64,000 nucleotides of DNA from Octopus sinensis (GCF_006345805.1 NC_043003.1:77562001-77626000), one strand, 5' to 3'; numbered from the stretch's first letter, positions 1-12,775 are shown. A program made the numbers and translations. Notes: generated by a model not told the origin, from the letters alone.

Positions 1-698
1 ACCAGTAATAAAAGCTATGATAATCTGTGGCTGTTATCTGAGACTGAGTGATTTAACAATGTTACTTAATATGGAAAATTTACCTCAAACAGAGAATATT
101 TGACATAGTTTTGCAGTATTACAAAAGGCAGAGTACCTTGCTTATTAATTGAGAGCGTGTTACCTGAGATAAAGATAATCATCGTGTGTTTCCTCTTTTG
201 GAAATAATCTTAGAAAACCACCAAAAATTGAAATAATCTGTGAATGTTATTTGAGAAAGAGAGTGGGGAGGAGAGGAAGTGAGGGAGTGAGGAAGAGAGG
301 TGGAGAGGGAGTACTTGGAGCCTTAATTCAGATAACGATAATATGCGAGTGTTAAATATTTGATGATTTTGTAGACTTGCCTACATATTTGTTAGAGTTT
401 CCTAAGATATAAACAGATATTTCACAAAGGTAATAGATTATCAGGTAGTTAATCAGAGCACATTAAGGATAATCTGAAAGTTTTACGATAATTCATAGAT
501 AATCTTACCTAAGATATAGAATGTAATTTAAAACTGCTATCCAAGACAGAGTGAATGTTGTCAGTTTTACCTGAGATGGAGAAAATGTAGGAGTTTTAAG
601 ATGACCAACGCTTACTAAGTGTTTACCAGTTGACGGAAACTGAAAGAAGTCCAGTGTTTGTAAAATACATGAAGCCTAATTCCTCAAATAGCCTTAAA

Positions 699-735
<37 letters not shown>

Positions 736-1084
736 CGTGGCACCTTGGGCAAGTGTCTTCTACTATAGCCTCGGGCCGACCAAAGCCTTGTGAGTGGATT
801 TGGTAGACGGAAACTGAAAGAAGCCCGTCGTATATATGTATATATATGTATGTGTGTGTATGTGTTTGTGTGTCTGTGTTTGTCCCCCCAACATCGCTTG
901 ACAACCGATGCTGGTGTATTTACGTCCCTGTAACTTAGCAGTTCGACAAAAGAGACCTATAGAATAAGTACTAGGCTTACAAAGAATAGTTCCTGGAGTC
1001 GATTTGCTCGACTAAAGGTGGTGCTCAAGCATGGCCACAGTCAAATGACTGAAACAAGTAAAAGAGTAAAAAAGAGTAAAGAGT
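736..1084 (+). mobile_element. SINE-A (octopus-type tRNA-derived SINE), 5'-truncated
   Basis: GCACCTTGGGCAAGTGTCTT...GAAAGAAGCCCGTCG, internal (TA)/(TG) microsatellite, tail GTCAAATGACTGAAACAAGTAAAAGAG; the same sequence recurs more than 15 times in the window. Confidence 0.85.
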
Positions 1085-1117
1085 ATATTCGGCAAGATAG
1101 ATCGCTAGCCACAAAAC

Positions 1118-1268
1118 ATTCTTTATTTTCTCTCCTTGTTTCTTTCTGTGGAAGAGCGTAGGCTCGAAACGTTAAAGACTTTTTCACTTCCCGAGCGTTA
1201 TACTAATATCTGTTTGTTGTTTACACCACCTGTCTTCGTCTTTTGTTTTGTTTGTGAATTTTCCCTAT
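1118..1268 (+). mobile_element. Penelope-like terminal fragment carrying a hammerhead-like motif
   Basis: Pyrimidine-rich segment with a GAAACGT-type minimal hammerhead architecture, ending in (TA)n; family assignment is inference. Confidence 0.4.
1141..1178 (+). ncRNA. minimal type I hammerhead ribozyme-like motif (degenerate core)
   Basis: TCTTT-CTGTGGA-A-GAGC/GTAG/GCTC-GAAA-CGT-T-AAAGA: 5-bp stem I, 4-bp stem II, palindromic ACGT in place of stem III; core A6 is U. Confidence 0.5.
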
Positions 1269-1279
1269 ATATATATATA

Positions 1280-1335
<56 letters not shown>

Positions 1336-1545
1336 ATAGATTTTATTCGTATACATAGTAACCTTGTTGTTAACCATGAACTACAAAATAACTTTTTTCA
1401 GCTTATCGAACCTCGATATAGGAAAAATTTACAACCTTCTACGCCAATAAACTACCATTGTTCGTGAAAGCTGCTTTTATGTCTTCTATCTACTGTTCAA
1501 CGCTTACTAACTTCCAACACCTGAATCCTTCGACTTTAACGTATC

Positions 1546-1608
<63 letters not shown>

Positions 1609-2852
1609 ATGTGAGAAAGAGAGAGAGAGAGAGAAACTTTGTGTTTGGCCCTCTACACCGCTTGACAACAAGTTTTGGATTGTTTACGTCCTCTTAAGCA
1701 GGTCGGCATAAGAGAACCAAGAGAATAAGTACCGTGGTTTAAAGAAATAAGTTGAAATAAACTGGGAGTAGATATAAATGATAATGCAATTTCACTTGAG
1801 GAACAAATAATCTGCTAGTTTTACCCGAGATATAGATAGCTAGCGACTGTCACATACGATAAAAATATTAGTTTCAAATTTTGAAACAATGCCAGTCATT
1901 TCGCGGGTGGAGGTATAAATCGATTACCAGTGATCAGCTGATACTTATTTTATCGACACTGAAAGGATGAAAGACAAGGTCGACCTCGGCAAAATTTGAA
2001 CTCAGAACGTAAAGACGGACGAAGTATTTTCCCCCGCGTGCTAACGATTCTGCCCGTTCGCCTCCATACATATATTAGAAATATCGGCGGAGCGTTATTT
2101 CAGGGTCTTCAAGTGCTTTAGTCTATTACATTGATCCCAGTATTTACGAAAAAAAAAATATGGAGCCTAATTCCTCTTAGTAAAAGCCTTAAAAGATTCG
2201 TGAAGGAATCATTTAAATGCATGGACGTTTCCTACTAAGAAATGTTTTTATGAAAAATTCTGATGTATTTTCCTATGGAAATATTAATAATTTTCTAACA
2301 CCTCTTTTACGCATTCATAAGAATTAACAATCTATAAAACTACAAGAAAATATATTAAAAAACTAAAAGTATTATATTTCTATGAAGACTTGTTGCTTGA
2401 ATGAATTGAGATTTTCGGATTATTAAGCCATTATTTTGCGGTTCTATTTTCTATAGAAGCATCCATTTTTTGTTAAGATATATTTCAAACAATTTACTGA
2501 CGAGATATATGGTTAACTTCATATTTTGTGTTTCTATATTCTGTAAAATCTCAGCAAATTATATTCTCGAAATAATTTCACTTAAATTGTCAAAATAGAG
2601 AAGACTGAATAATTTGCTTAAAAGCCTATAAACACACATACACACACACACGTACACATGCAAACGCACAAATCAGATTGCTGTGTGTTGATCTTATTTA
2701 ATGTATAGTAAATAAGTTACGTAGCTCCCATATAGCTTTATACTATACTACCACATAGACATTTGCACACGCGTGTTCATACACACACAGATAAATGGTT
2801 CATTGACAGAATGGGTTAAAACTTATAGATATATTCTTTCGTACAGTAAACC

Positions 2853-2906
<54 letters not shown>

Positions 2907-2911
2907 ATATA

Positions 2912-2912
<1 letters not shown>

Positions 2913-2961
<49 letters not shown>

Positions 2962-3330
2962 ACTACTACTACTACTACTACTACTACTACACTACTACTA
3001 CTATAGCCATTGAACTACTGCTACAACTCCAACCACCACGGTCACTACTACTACTACTACGACCAACAGTCTCTTCCATTGCTACTGCTACGGTCACTTC
3101 CACTGCCGCTGCTACTGCTACTACTGCAGCCAATGAACTGCTTCCACAACTCCAACCACCACCACCACCACCACTCCACGGTCACTACTACTACTACTAC
3201 GACCATCGGCCACTGCTACTACTGATCTTACGACCAACGGTCATTTTCACGATTACAGCCAACGAATCTAGCCAACGCACAAGACAGCCATTATGCTCCC
3301 CACCCACAAAACACCACCACGTGAGCTCTG
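2913..3330. repeat. (ACT)n/(CCA)n composite low-complexity tract with an internal imperfect duplication
   Basis: Long ACT run; GCCA(T/A)TGAACT...CAACTCCAACCACCAC...CGGTCACTACTAC occurs twice (~3006 and ~3129). Confidence 0.85.
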
Positions 3331-3950
3331 TTGAGACCAGTAAGAAACAATTATGAACTTTTTTATTACACTTAACTTTTAAAAATATTTTTGATAATGT
3401 TCGTTTTTTCAAGAAGAACCGAAACATGTAAAATCTCTAAGAAAATTGAAATTTATCTTATATATTGGCGTTTTCAAACATTTTTTTATAAACATATACC
3501 CACTCGTATGCAACCTACACTTTATATATATATATATATCAAAATAAGCCACAAGGATATCCAGAGGTAATGCAGTACGATCGGTTCCTGCAACTCCATT
3601 TAATTTAACAATGCAATCATTACATCAGTTTAAAATGCAGAGCAATCTTCAGCTGCACAAAGACAGAATTTAATTTAAATTAGAACAGATGGATATATTA
3701 GGATAATTTTACCTAAAATCTCCAAGAAGTTAATGAGATAGACAAAGAATATGGTATCTCACTCCAGCATAGAAGTTACTAAGCTTTTCAAGAAGATTTT
3801 ATTTTCATTTTAATCACCTTACTTTGAAATTGTATGAATAATACCGTACTAAATTCTTGTGCCTCAGCTTATGTACCATATTCATCTGAATATATATATA
3901 TATATGTATGCATATATATATTCATACATATATATACACACATATGTATG

Positions 3951-3981
<31 letters not shown>

Positions 3982-4466
3982 GATTCATTATTAAAATTAT
4001 ACTTAGTAAAGCACGCAATTCCTTGGGGTTCCCATTGGTAGTAGAGACGGAGATTACTTAGATGTTTGAGAAACTAACAGGCTTTAATTACTAATATAAA
4101 TATTCACTATCTCACTGTCTTCCAGTCAACATTGAGTACTTTCTCTCAGTGTGGAACACTAAAGTAACACATGTATGTGCCCAAGATATGGTGTGCGTCA
4201 TAATAACTCTCTTATAACTCCATCTCGAATTGAGGGCCAAAAAGAAGAGAATGAACGCATATGTGTCTATGGACGTGTATGGTATATACATGCGTGTGAG
4301 TGTATATATGTATGTGTGTGTGTATACGCATGAACTTGTATGAGTATATATTTGTTATCTATGTGTATTATATGTGCATATATGCATATCTGTGCACCTA
4401 GCTCTACCTACCTACCTACCTACCTACCTACATGCATACATACATACATACATACACACACATATA

Positions 4467-4504
<38 letters not shown>

Positions 4505-4984
4505 TAAACAGGCATGGCTGTGTAGCTAATAAGTACCTTTGCAGGTATGTGATTTAGTGTTCAGTCTCATTGCGCAGTACCTTAGGCAAGTGTCTTCTTC
4601 GATAGCTCCAATATCTAGTGAATAAATGTGGTAGACGGAAACTTTGAAGAAGTACGTCGTATGTGTATGTGTGTGTGTGCGTGTGTGTGTGTATGTTTGT
4701 GTGTGTGTGTACATACATATGTGTGTCTGTGTTTATGTTGTCTCCAAAACCATTTGATAAACGGTGTTGATTTGTTTACATCCCTGTAGCCTAGCGGTTC
4801 GTACAAAATCACCTATAGAATACGAAGCAAGCTAAAAATAACAAAGAAAACCAAAAAAAAAAAAAAAAAATTATGAATACTGGTCAACTAAACCATTTAA
4901 GGTGGTGCATAATCGCCTGGCATTCGATAATCTTGAGCAAATTTATATGTTTTCCAAGATGAGTTTAATTCTTTTGGAAGAATA

Positions 4985-5185
4985 GAAACTCTATACATAT
5001 CCGAAACTGTAACCAAAACCCCAGGACTTACGAACGTATATAACATACAGGAAATAGCACTACTAGACACTGTGCACAACCTACGCAAAGCTCTTTCAAT
5101 ATGGTGAAAATACGAGCCCCACAGAACAAGCAGAGCTGCACTCGGCAGTGTAGTGAAAGCACGTGATAAAAATAAGACTACTAAA
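4985..5185 (+). mobile_element. R4/Dong-like RLE retrotransposon 3' end (family 2)
   Basis: Frame from 5000 reads SETVTKTPGLTNVYNIQEIALLDTVHNLRKALSIW*, like the terminal QK.ALLGTAHILRK motif of R4/Dong ORFs; short 3' UTR then (TAG)n. Confidence 0.65.
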
Positions 5186-5399
5186 TAGTAGTAGTAGTAG
5201 TAGTAGTAGTAAACGATAAAGAACGATCTAGAAAATATAGAATTTATATGGTAATTCACAGAGCTTTACATCAACAGGCACTTGTTGAAGCCTATAAGAG
5301 AACAGATGTAGCGAGTTTTAAAAAGCTGATGAGAGTGATAAGGTTCTTTTCATAGCAGTACGAGAAGAGACGATGTTAGGTGAATGAATAAGAATCCAA

Positions 5400-6000
5400 T
5401 GAAATCTTCAAAGCTATTATAGAAAGCAACGATTCTCACAGAAAATCTTACACGGAATGATTGCATAATACTGAAGGTTATCAAAAATGGGGAGTTATTC
5501 CAACGGCTAAAAAAACGAAGTTTTGAAGAGACAGAGAGGTTGATCCTACTTGCGCCAGATTAAACAATCAAAACGTCTTATATAAGATATAAGAACCAAT
5601 ATTGATAAGGTATGTATTATAGATAAGGCTGCATTGTAGAGTATGAAGGCTGCATTGTATAGATGGAAGAGCAGGGATGGTAACGTATTTAGTCTCTGAA
5701 TGGCAGATGCTTGCTTAGAGGGTTATAAGATCTGGAAACATTATAAAGTAGCTAACAACTTACATTGGCAAAATTGTAAAAGGTTTTGATTTGAACATCC
5801 AGAAAAGTGTCGCGACCATAAAACAGAATGTATGCATGAAAACGAGAAAAGATACTATTGGACATGTAGGTTCAGACGATAGGCAAATAGAGCACTTCCG
5901 TCCTGATATTGTCATACTCAAAGAGTGTGTTGTGTAATTGATGTTTGTTGCCCGTTTGATAATGGAGTGGAAGACAAAGAACATAAGAAAAAACTAGAAA
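5400..6000 (+). mobile_element. decayed R4/Dong-like CCHC + restriction-like endonuclease region
   Basis: Frameshifted peptides KILHG, EETERLILLAPD, VTYLVSEWQMLA, KVANNLHWQNCK, HENE, TDRQIEHFRPDIVI, IDVCCPFD in the expected order. Confidence 0.75.
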
Positions 6001-6205
6001 TATATGTCAGCATCTAAAATTGGGAGGGAACATTTGGTTGATTTACTTATCTCAGTTCTTGATTGGTGCTTTATTTTATTGACTACGGAAAGTTGAAAAG
6101 TAAAGTTGAAGAGTAAAGTTGGAGGGATTTCAACTCAGAAGTAAAATAGTGCTCTTGTTTGTGTGGCACATATTGATGAATAATTTATTTAACTTAAGAT
6201 ACTGT

Positions 6206-6450
6206 GGAGGCACGTGGCTTAGTGGTTAGGGTGTCAGCATCATGATCGTAAGATTGTGGCTTCGATCCCTGGACCGAGCGACGCGTTGTGTTCTTGAGCA
6301 AAACACTTCATTTCACGTTGCTCCAGTTCACTCAGCTGGCAATAATGAGTAACGCTGCGATGGACTGGCGTCTAGCTGGGGAACACATACGCCATTGTAA
6401 CCGGGAAACCGGGCCCATGAGCCTGGCCAGGCTTTAAAAGGGCGCATTTA
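6206..6450 (+). mobile_element. SINE-C (tRNA head plus CORE-like body)
   Basis: A-box TGGCTTAGTGG, B-box-like GCTTCGATCCC, then TTGTGTTCTTGAGCAAAACACTTCATTTCAC; related copies at ~23196 and ~44267-44547. Confidence 0.75.
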
Positions 6451-6489
6451 TATATTTTATTTAAAAGTTAACATGTATATGTTTAGTGC

Positions 6490-7965
6490 AGATTCTGTTA
6501 AAAATATCGAAACTGAATTTATTTGCAACACTACTTTATCAAGATGTATTTAACGACATTACCTGTGACATTAAAAGCAGAACTTATTTGATAATTACAT
6601 GCATGCAACGCGAAGCAATGTTGTACAGCAATTTTATTATACCTGAACCATTGCAATGGGATTTTCAAAACTTTACGGGAAGGGAGGGGTAGGATTTTAG
6701 AACATTTTAGTTTTACATACAGATGTTAGATAGCTCACTCGAAATAGTATTTTTGTGAGAAGGCTTAAATTGCAGAAGGAGCTGTCGGTCTATTTTATCG
6801 ATCTTAAATTTGCGACAGATTAACAAATGCAGGATGATTTTCAAGATTTGCATAGCTAGTCATCTTTGCAGGAATGAATGGAACAGGTTTATTCCAGTAA
6901 AAATAAAAAGATAGTACTTTCAAACCGATCATAAAGTGGTACCATTATCAAATTATAATACTGGATCTCAGCTGTAGAACAGAATACTTTTCATTGCATT
7001 CTGATTTTTAGTGATTGTCTTTGAGAATATGAACTGGATTTTAGAGACTGAAACCCGCAATGATATTAAAAATCATCTTTGCAGAATATTACAATATAAT
7101 ATTTTTGAGTATCTTCCAAATTTCGATAAAATGATATTATTACTAGGTAAAAATGAAATCCATTTACATATACAGAAAGAAACAATAGGATTTTCGGCAG
7201 TGGATTACAGAGACTAAATTGATATTAATTCAGATACACAGTTAAAAGTTAAGTTTGAAAGAGTTCTGGAAGTAATTTTATTGTACGATATATTTGACGA
7301 ACATCCGGATTTATAAAAACGGATTACTCGAGTTCTGTTAGTGAGTCCTATGCAAAACTGGTTTTTCTAAATTTCTTAGTAAAAAACAAAATATCACAAC
7401 AGACAAGATGCTGCATCAGATAGGAGAATTCAATTATCCATTATTGAACCAAATTTTCAGAGGTTATTGCAGTTCAGGAACCACTAACATTCTTCGAATT
7501 ATTTTTCCTTTCAAAGGCGGTGAGCTGGCGGAATCGTAAGCGCGCCGGACAAAAATGCCTAGCGGCATTTCGTCTGTCTTCACGTTCTGAGTTCAAATAA
7601 TGGCGAGTTTGACTTTTCCTTTCGAGCCAACAAAATAATTAGCAGTTGAACATTTGGGTCGAGGTAATCGACTAACCTCCTGCTTTAAAATGTCAGACCT
7701 TGTGCCTATAGTTGAAAAGATTATTCTACTTTCGAGAATTATTTTGCATCAGTTACATATTTATATCTAAAACCAGCGTTGCTTTTTTTTTTCATTTATT
7801 ATATATATTTTTTCAAATATAAAGAAAGTATCTCTCTAAAAAAATATGTTTAATTTTATAATTATTAAAATTAGGGTAGCAGAATTTGTTTGTAGAATAT
7901 AGGTTCCATAAATTTTGGAAAATCGCATAAGAGCTCCGCTACAAAATCGGATTGGGAACCACCAC
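6490..7965 (+). mobile_element. hAT (Charlie/ZBED5-like) transposase C-terminal remnant with probable 3' end
   Basis: Peptides ITCMQREAML (HC..HRE), LHTDVR*LTR (LHTEVRWLSR), LCKTGFSK, DRRIQLSIIEPNFQRL; TTGGGAACCAC near 7955 resembles a Charlie-type TIR; interrupted by a SINE-B. Confidence 0.75.
7514..7725 (+). mobile_element. SINE-B (tRNA-like head, Meta-like domain)
   Basis: AAGGCGGTGAGCTGGCGGAATCG head, GAGTTCAAAT B-box, tail CCTTGTGCCTATAG...AAGATTATT. Confidence 0.8.
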
Positions 7966-8532
7966 TTTACATAATCCCTAACAAACAATTTAGAACAACA
8001 ATATAGCACATAAGCCATGCAGTCTACGTTATCACCACTCAATAATTTAACATATATTCAATATAATCGACATTTGACGTCACAAAACAACCCTCATGCA
8101 GCCAGTAACTTAGTACACAATTGCCAAACAGATAACATAACTACATACTCAACAGAGTTACATACTCTACAGAGTTACCACTCAACGCTAAGACACGCAA
8201 CACTGATTTTAAAGCACTCACTCTAGACAGACACCGTTCAACACTGGTACACATCAAATTAGCTACCAAACACATGTGAAACACAATCACGACCTGATAA
8301 AATTGTACAACACGAAATGATTAGCTCTACATTGCAGATGAAGCAGTAAAACAATACCAAAGCAATAAAACAAAAGTCACAGCAATACAAAACTGATGAA
8401 ACAGTCGAAAATTTCAAATGATAATGCTGCACCGACCTCGGGTACATAGAGGTGCGCGCAGTATTGTATTTTGAAAGTGGTAATGCAACAAAAAGCGTAC
8501 ACGAAATTGTTGACAAAAATAAATAAATATAT

Positions 8533-8915
8533 AGTGGCTGTGTGGTAAGTAGCTTGCTTACTAACCACATGTCCCCGGGTTCAGTCACACTGCGTGACGC
8601 CTTGGGCAAGTGTCTTCTACTTTAGCCTTGGGCCGACCAAAGCTTTGTGAGTGGATTCGGTAGAGGGAAACTGAAAGAAGTCCGTCGCGCGCGCGCGCGT
8701 GTGTGTGTGTGTTTGTGTGTCTGTCTTTGTCCCCCAACATCGCTTGACAACCGATGCTGGCGTGTTAACGTTCCCGTAACTGAGCGGTTCAGCAAAAAGG
8801 GACCGATAAAATAAGTACTAGGCTTACAAAGAATAAGTACTGAGGTCGATTTGCTCGACTAAAGGCGGTGCTCCAGCATGGCAATAGTCAAATGACTGAA
8901 ACAAGTAAAAGAATA
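8533..8915 (+). mobile_element. SINE-A, near full length
   Basis: AGTGGCTGTGTGGTAAGTAGCTTGC head to GACTGAAACAAGTAAAAG tail. Confidence 0.9.
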
Positions 8916-8919
8916 AAGA

Positions 8920-9370
8920 TTGGTTTCAAATTTTGGCACAAGGTCACCAAGCTGGGAGGATGGAATAAGTCATTTAGATCGACCCACTGCTCAACTTGTA
9001 CTTATTTTATCGACCTCCGAAAGGATAAAAAGCAAAATCGATATCGGTGGAATTTGAACTCAAAACATAAATACATACGAGATGCTGCTAAGCATCTTGC
9101 CCAGCGTGCTAACGATTCAGCCAGCTTGCTCCCGAATAATAATAATAATCCTTTCTACAATAGGCACAAGGCCTGAAAGTTGGGGGGAGGGGGCTAGTCT
9201 ATTACATCGACCCCAGTGCGTAACTGGTATTTAATTTATCAACCCCGAAAGGATAAAAGCCAAAGTCGACCTCGGTGGAATTTGAACTCAGAACGTAAAG
9301 AGCCCGAACAGATATTGCAGGCTACATTGTGCGACGCTCAAATGATTCTGTCAGTCCACTGTTTAAGTAA

Positions 9371-9401
<31 letters not shown>

Positions 9402-9590
9402 AATATTAATAATAATAATCGTTTCTAATTTTGGCTCAAAGTCAGCACGTTTGAGGTTAGTGGGAGTGGTCAATACTATCCACCCCACTACTTGATCGTT
9501 AATGTTACCCTTTAAAAGTATGAAATGTAAAGTTGACATGGGTGAGATTTGAACTCAGAACACAAAAGTCCATATCTGATACTGCAAGGA
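8920..9590 (-). mobile_element. three co-oriented SINE-B copies separated by (AAT)n
   Basis: Repeated CGACC..GAAAGGATAAAAG...GGTGGAATTTGAACTCA with AAT arrays at ~9136 and ~9367-9418. Confidence 0.8.
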
Positions 9591-9614
9591 ATTTTTAATA
9601 CAAGCAACAACTCA

Positions 9615-9645
<31 letters not shown>

Positions 9646-9653
9646 ATACATGT

Positions 9654-9724
<71 letters not shown>

Positions 9725-10480
9725 AAGAGATATATTGATAGACAGATATACATACACATATAAAGAGATATATTGATACATAGATATACATACACATACT
9801 TTTAATATCACGAAAGACGTCAGACACAGACGAAACGAAAAGTTGAGCAGATGGCGGGGAGAGAAAAAGACTGCGAGAAAAGAACAGAAAGAGGGGGAAA
9901 GTGATGGATAAGCTAAACCGTTAAGAAAGCTATGTATATAGAGTATGGATGCAAAATATAATCAAAATATAGTATTTACGATAAAACGGAACAAAACATC
10001 CCGACTCTTAATATATTTAAGTAAATTCTGTTTGTATATAAAAGTTATATTGAGATAATAATTGTACAAAATGAACAATATGAAATTAAAATATAAGTAG
10101 CTTCTTAAAGCTGAACGTGAATGGGTGCAAAAGCTTAATATAATATAATGGATTGTTTTTACTTATTCTCTTTCGTTAACAACGTTATCATCGTCGTCGT
10201 TTCGTCGCCGTTATTATTATTATCATCGTTATCATTATCATCATCATCATCATCGGCGTCGTCGTCATCATGGTCATCATCAATGTCGACATCGTCGACA
10301 TATTCAATGATGCACTACTTAGCTATACAACCGATTTGGTTGTTTTGCTTCCTACGTCTTATGTAAATTCGCTTTTGAAAAAAAATATATAATTAAAAAA
10401 ATAATCATTTTGTTAACCGACTTTAAAATAATCCTGGCCATCTATAATTAACCAAATATATACATATGTATATATATATA

Positions 10481-10868
10481 GGAGTAGGAGTGGCTGTGTG
10501 GTAAGTAGCTTGCTAACCAACCACATGGTTCCGGGTTCAGTCCCACTGCATGGCACCTTGGGCAAGTGTCTTCTACTATAGCCTCGGGCCGACCAAAGCC
10601 TTGTGAGTGGATTTGGTAGATGGAAACTGAAAAGAAGCCTGTCGTATATATATATATGTATGTGTGTGTTTGTGTATCTGTGGTTGTCCCCCTAGCATTG
10701 CTTGAAAACCGATGCTGGTATGTTTATGTCCCCGTCACTTAGCGGTTCGGCAAAAGAGACCGATAGAATATGTACTGGGCTTACATAGTAATTCCCGGGG
10801 TCGATTTGCTCGACTAAAGGCGGTGCTCCAGCATGGCCGCAGTCAAATGACTGAAACAAGTAAAAGAG
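10481..10868 (+). mobile_element. SINE-A, full length
   Basis: GGAGTGGCTGTGTGGTAAG head to GACTGAAACAAGTAAAAGAG tail, followed by a (TA/TACA)n field. Confidence 0.9.
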
Positions 10869-11167
10869 TATATATATATATATATATACATACATTTATA
10901 TATACATACATTTATACATACATATATATATATACATACATATATATATACATGTATATATATATACATATAATATATATATATATACATACATATATAT
11001 ATATATACATACATATATATATATATACATATATATATACATATATATAATATATATATATACATATATATATATATACATACATTATATATATATATAT
11101 AATATATATATATATATATACATACATGCATACATATATATATATATATGCCGGTTAGTTACTAAGT

Positions 11168-11241
11168 GGTCGATTGGTTCATTTGGATAGAGCGCCGTGC
11201 TAATAACTCGTATGTCGTGGATTCGAGTCCCATACTGGGTG
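11168..11241 (+). pseudogene. tRNA-Ile(AAT)-like pseudogene
   Basis: GGTCGATTGGTTCATTTGGATAGAGCGCCGTGCTAATAAC...GATTCGAGTCCCATACTGGG aligns by eye to GGCCGGTTAGCTCAGTTGGTTAGAGCGTGGTGCTAATAAC...; stems are disrupted. Confidence 0.65.
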
Positions 11242-12504
11242 TGTGGTAAGAAGCTTGCTTCCCAACCTTATGGTTCCAGGTTTAGGGATCTAGTCCTGCA
11301 AAATTTTGCTCAGAATGCTTTCAATTTTTTGGTGTATCAATGCAACTCTGAATTTTGATTACGATCAACCAAATAACTTTATCTCGTAAATTAAAGAACG
11401 TGACGTTATTTGGAAATAAAGTTGAGAAATTTGGATAATTTGAGCAAATCAACTGATAGCAGGGCATTATCAGCTTGTCAACGTTGTGTTGTGTTTCACC
11501 CTTATGTGTTGATTCTTCGCACGACGAGATTAACTTCACCTGCGTGTTTTGTTTTAATAAAAATTTATATTTATCAATTAGAATTTTATTATAGATATTT
11601 TTCGCCAATTGTCTTAATATTTTACATATTTTTCATATGTAGCAAAAGTTGTTTACGATGATTATATAGTTTCTTGGCATTAGGAAGGCGAATGGAATAT
11701 GTGAACTAATTTTACATTCTTTTTCAATTCTGCATGCAAAAACACAAGATACAGGTATTCATTTCCTTGGGACAAATTCTTTGTTGACCAGTGTTATTCT
11801 TATCGTGGTTTACAAATCCAAACATGAAAACGTTATTCAACTTTGAAGTTTTGGAGACAGACGCCCCCTTTTCACACACACATGCACTTATATATTAATG
11901 ATGTACACAAATACATGACAAATATAGGATAATACTGAAATATGCATAAAGGAAACAATGCAGACAAATATATTAATATAACAAATTTTTAAAAAGTAAT
12001 AAAAGCATGCAATCAATGAAGTGACAAAAGAAACAGTAAGATGAAACATATTGATTTTATTAGGTATTTTTGTTTATTTAGAAACCTACAATTAAGAGGC
12101 CATTCCACAGACGCTAAACTATAAATTTCACAGGGTACAACCTTAAAGTTGACACCGCTCCGCTAAATGCAGAAAGTTTGTCTCGCTATTAGCTAAAAAT
12201 ACACAATTTTTCGATTTTTAAAACCCTGTAACTTTTTCCTCCAATATTTTTTTCTCCACGACATCACACCTTCATAGCAATTAGACTGGAAAACTTTATC
12301 ATTATAGCCGATTTTCAGATTTTATACTGTCTTTTAATAAATGCATATTTTGTGAATGAAAAAAACTAGATCCAGGTTCAGTCCCACTGTGTGGCACCTT
12401 GAGCAAGTATCTTCAGTTATTGCCTTGGACCGACCAAGGCCTAGCGAGTGGATTTGATAGTCAGAAACTGAAAGGAGGCCGCTGTATTACACACACACAC
12501 ACAC

Positions 12505-12556
<52 letters not shown>

Positions 12557-12770
12557 GTGTGTGTGTGTGTGTGTGTGTGTGTCTTTGTGTTTGTCCCCCA
12601 CCACCGCATGACAACCGGTGTTGATGTGTTTACGTCCCGTAACTTAGCTATTCGGCAAAAGTTACCGATAGAATATGTACCTGGCTCAAAAAAAGTGCTG
12701 GGGTCGATTCATTTGACTAAAAAAATTCTTCAAAGCATGGCCACAGTCTAATGACTGAAACAAGCAAAAT

Positions 12771-12775
<5 letters not shown>
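11240..12775 (+). mobile_element. SINE-A split by a ~1.1-kb insertion (11283-12374)
   Basis: Head stops at GGTTCCAGGTT (11282) and resumes at AGGTTCAGTCCCACTG (12375); insert has inverted GGATCTAGT/ACTAGATCC ends. Confidence 0.6.

Noticed and set aside
2773-3356. ORFs with poly-T/Y/L/P runs
   Set aside because: Translations of (TA)n, (ACT)n and (CCA)n; no domain or splice support
4035-4052. tRNA-iMet PBS-like TGGTAGTAGAGACGG
   Set aside because: Imperfect match with no paired LTR or gag/pol nearby
4897-5259. 120-aa minus-strand ORF
   Set aside because: Antisense shadow of the plus-strand R4/Dong 3' end
10712-11131. YIYI/HT/CV-type ORFs here and throughout the window
   Set aside because: Pure microsatellite translations
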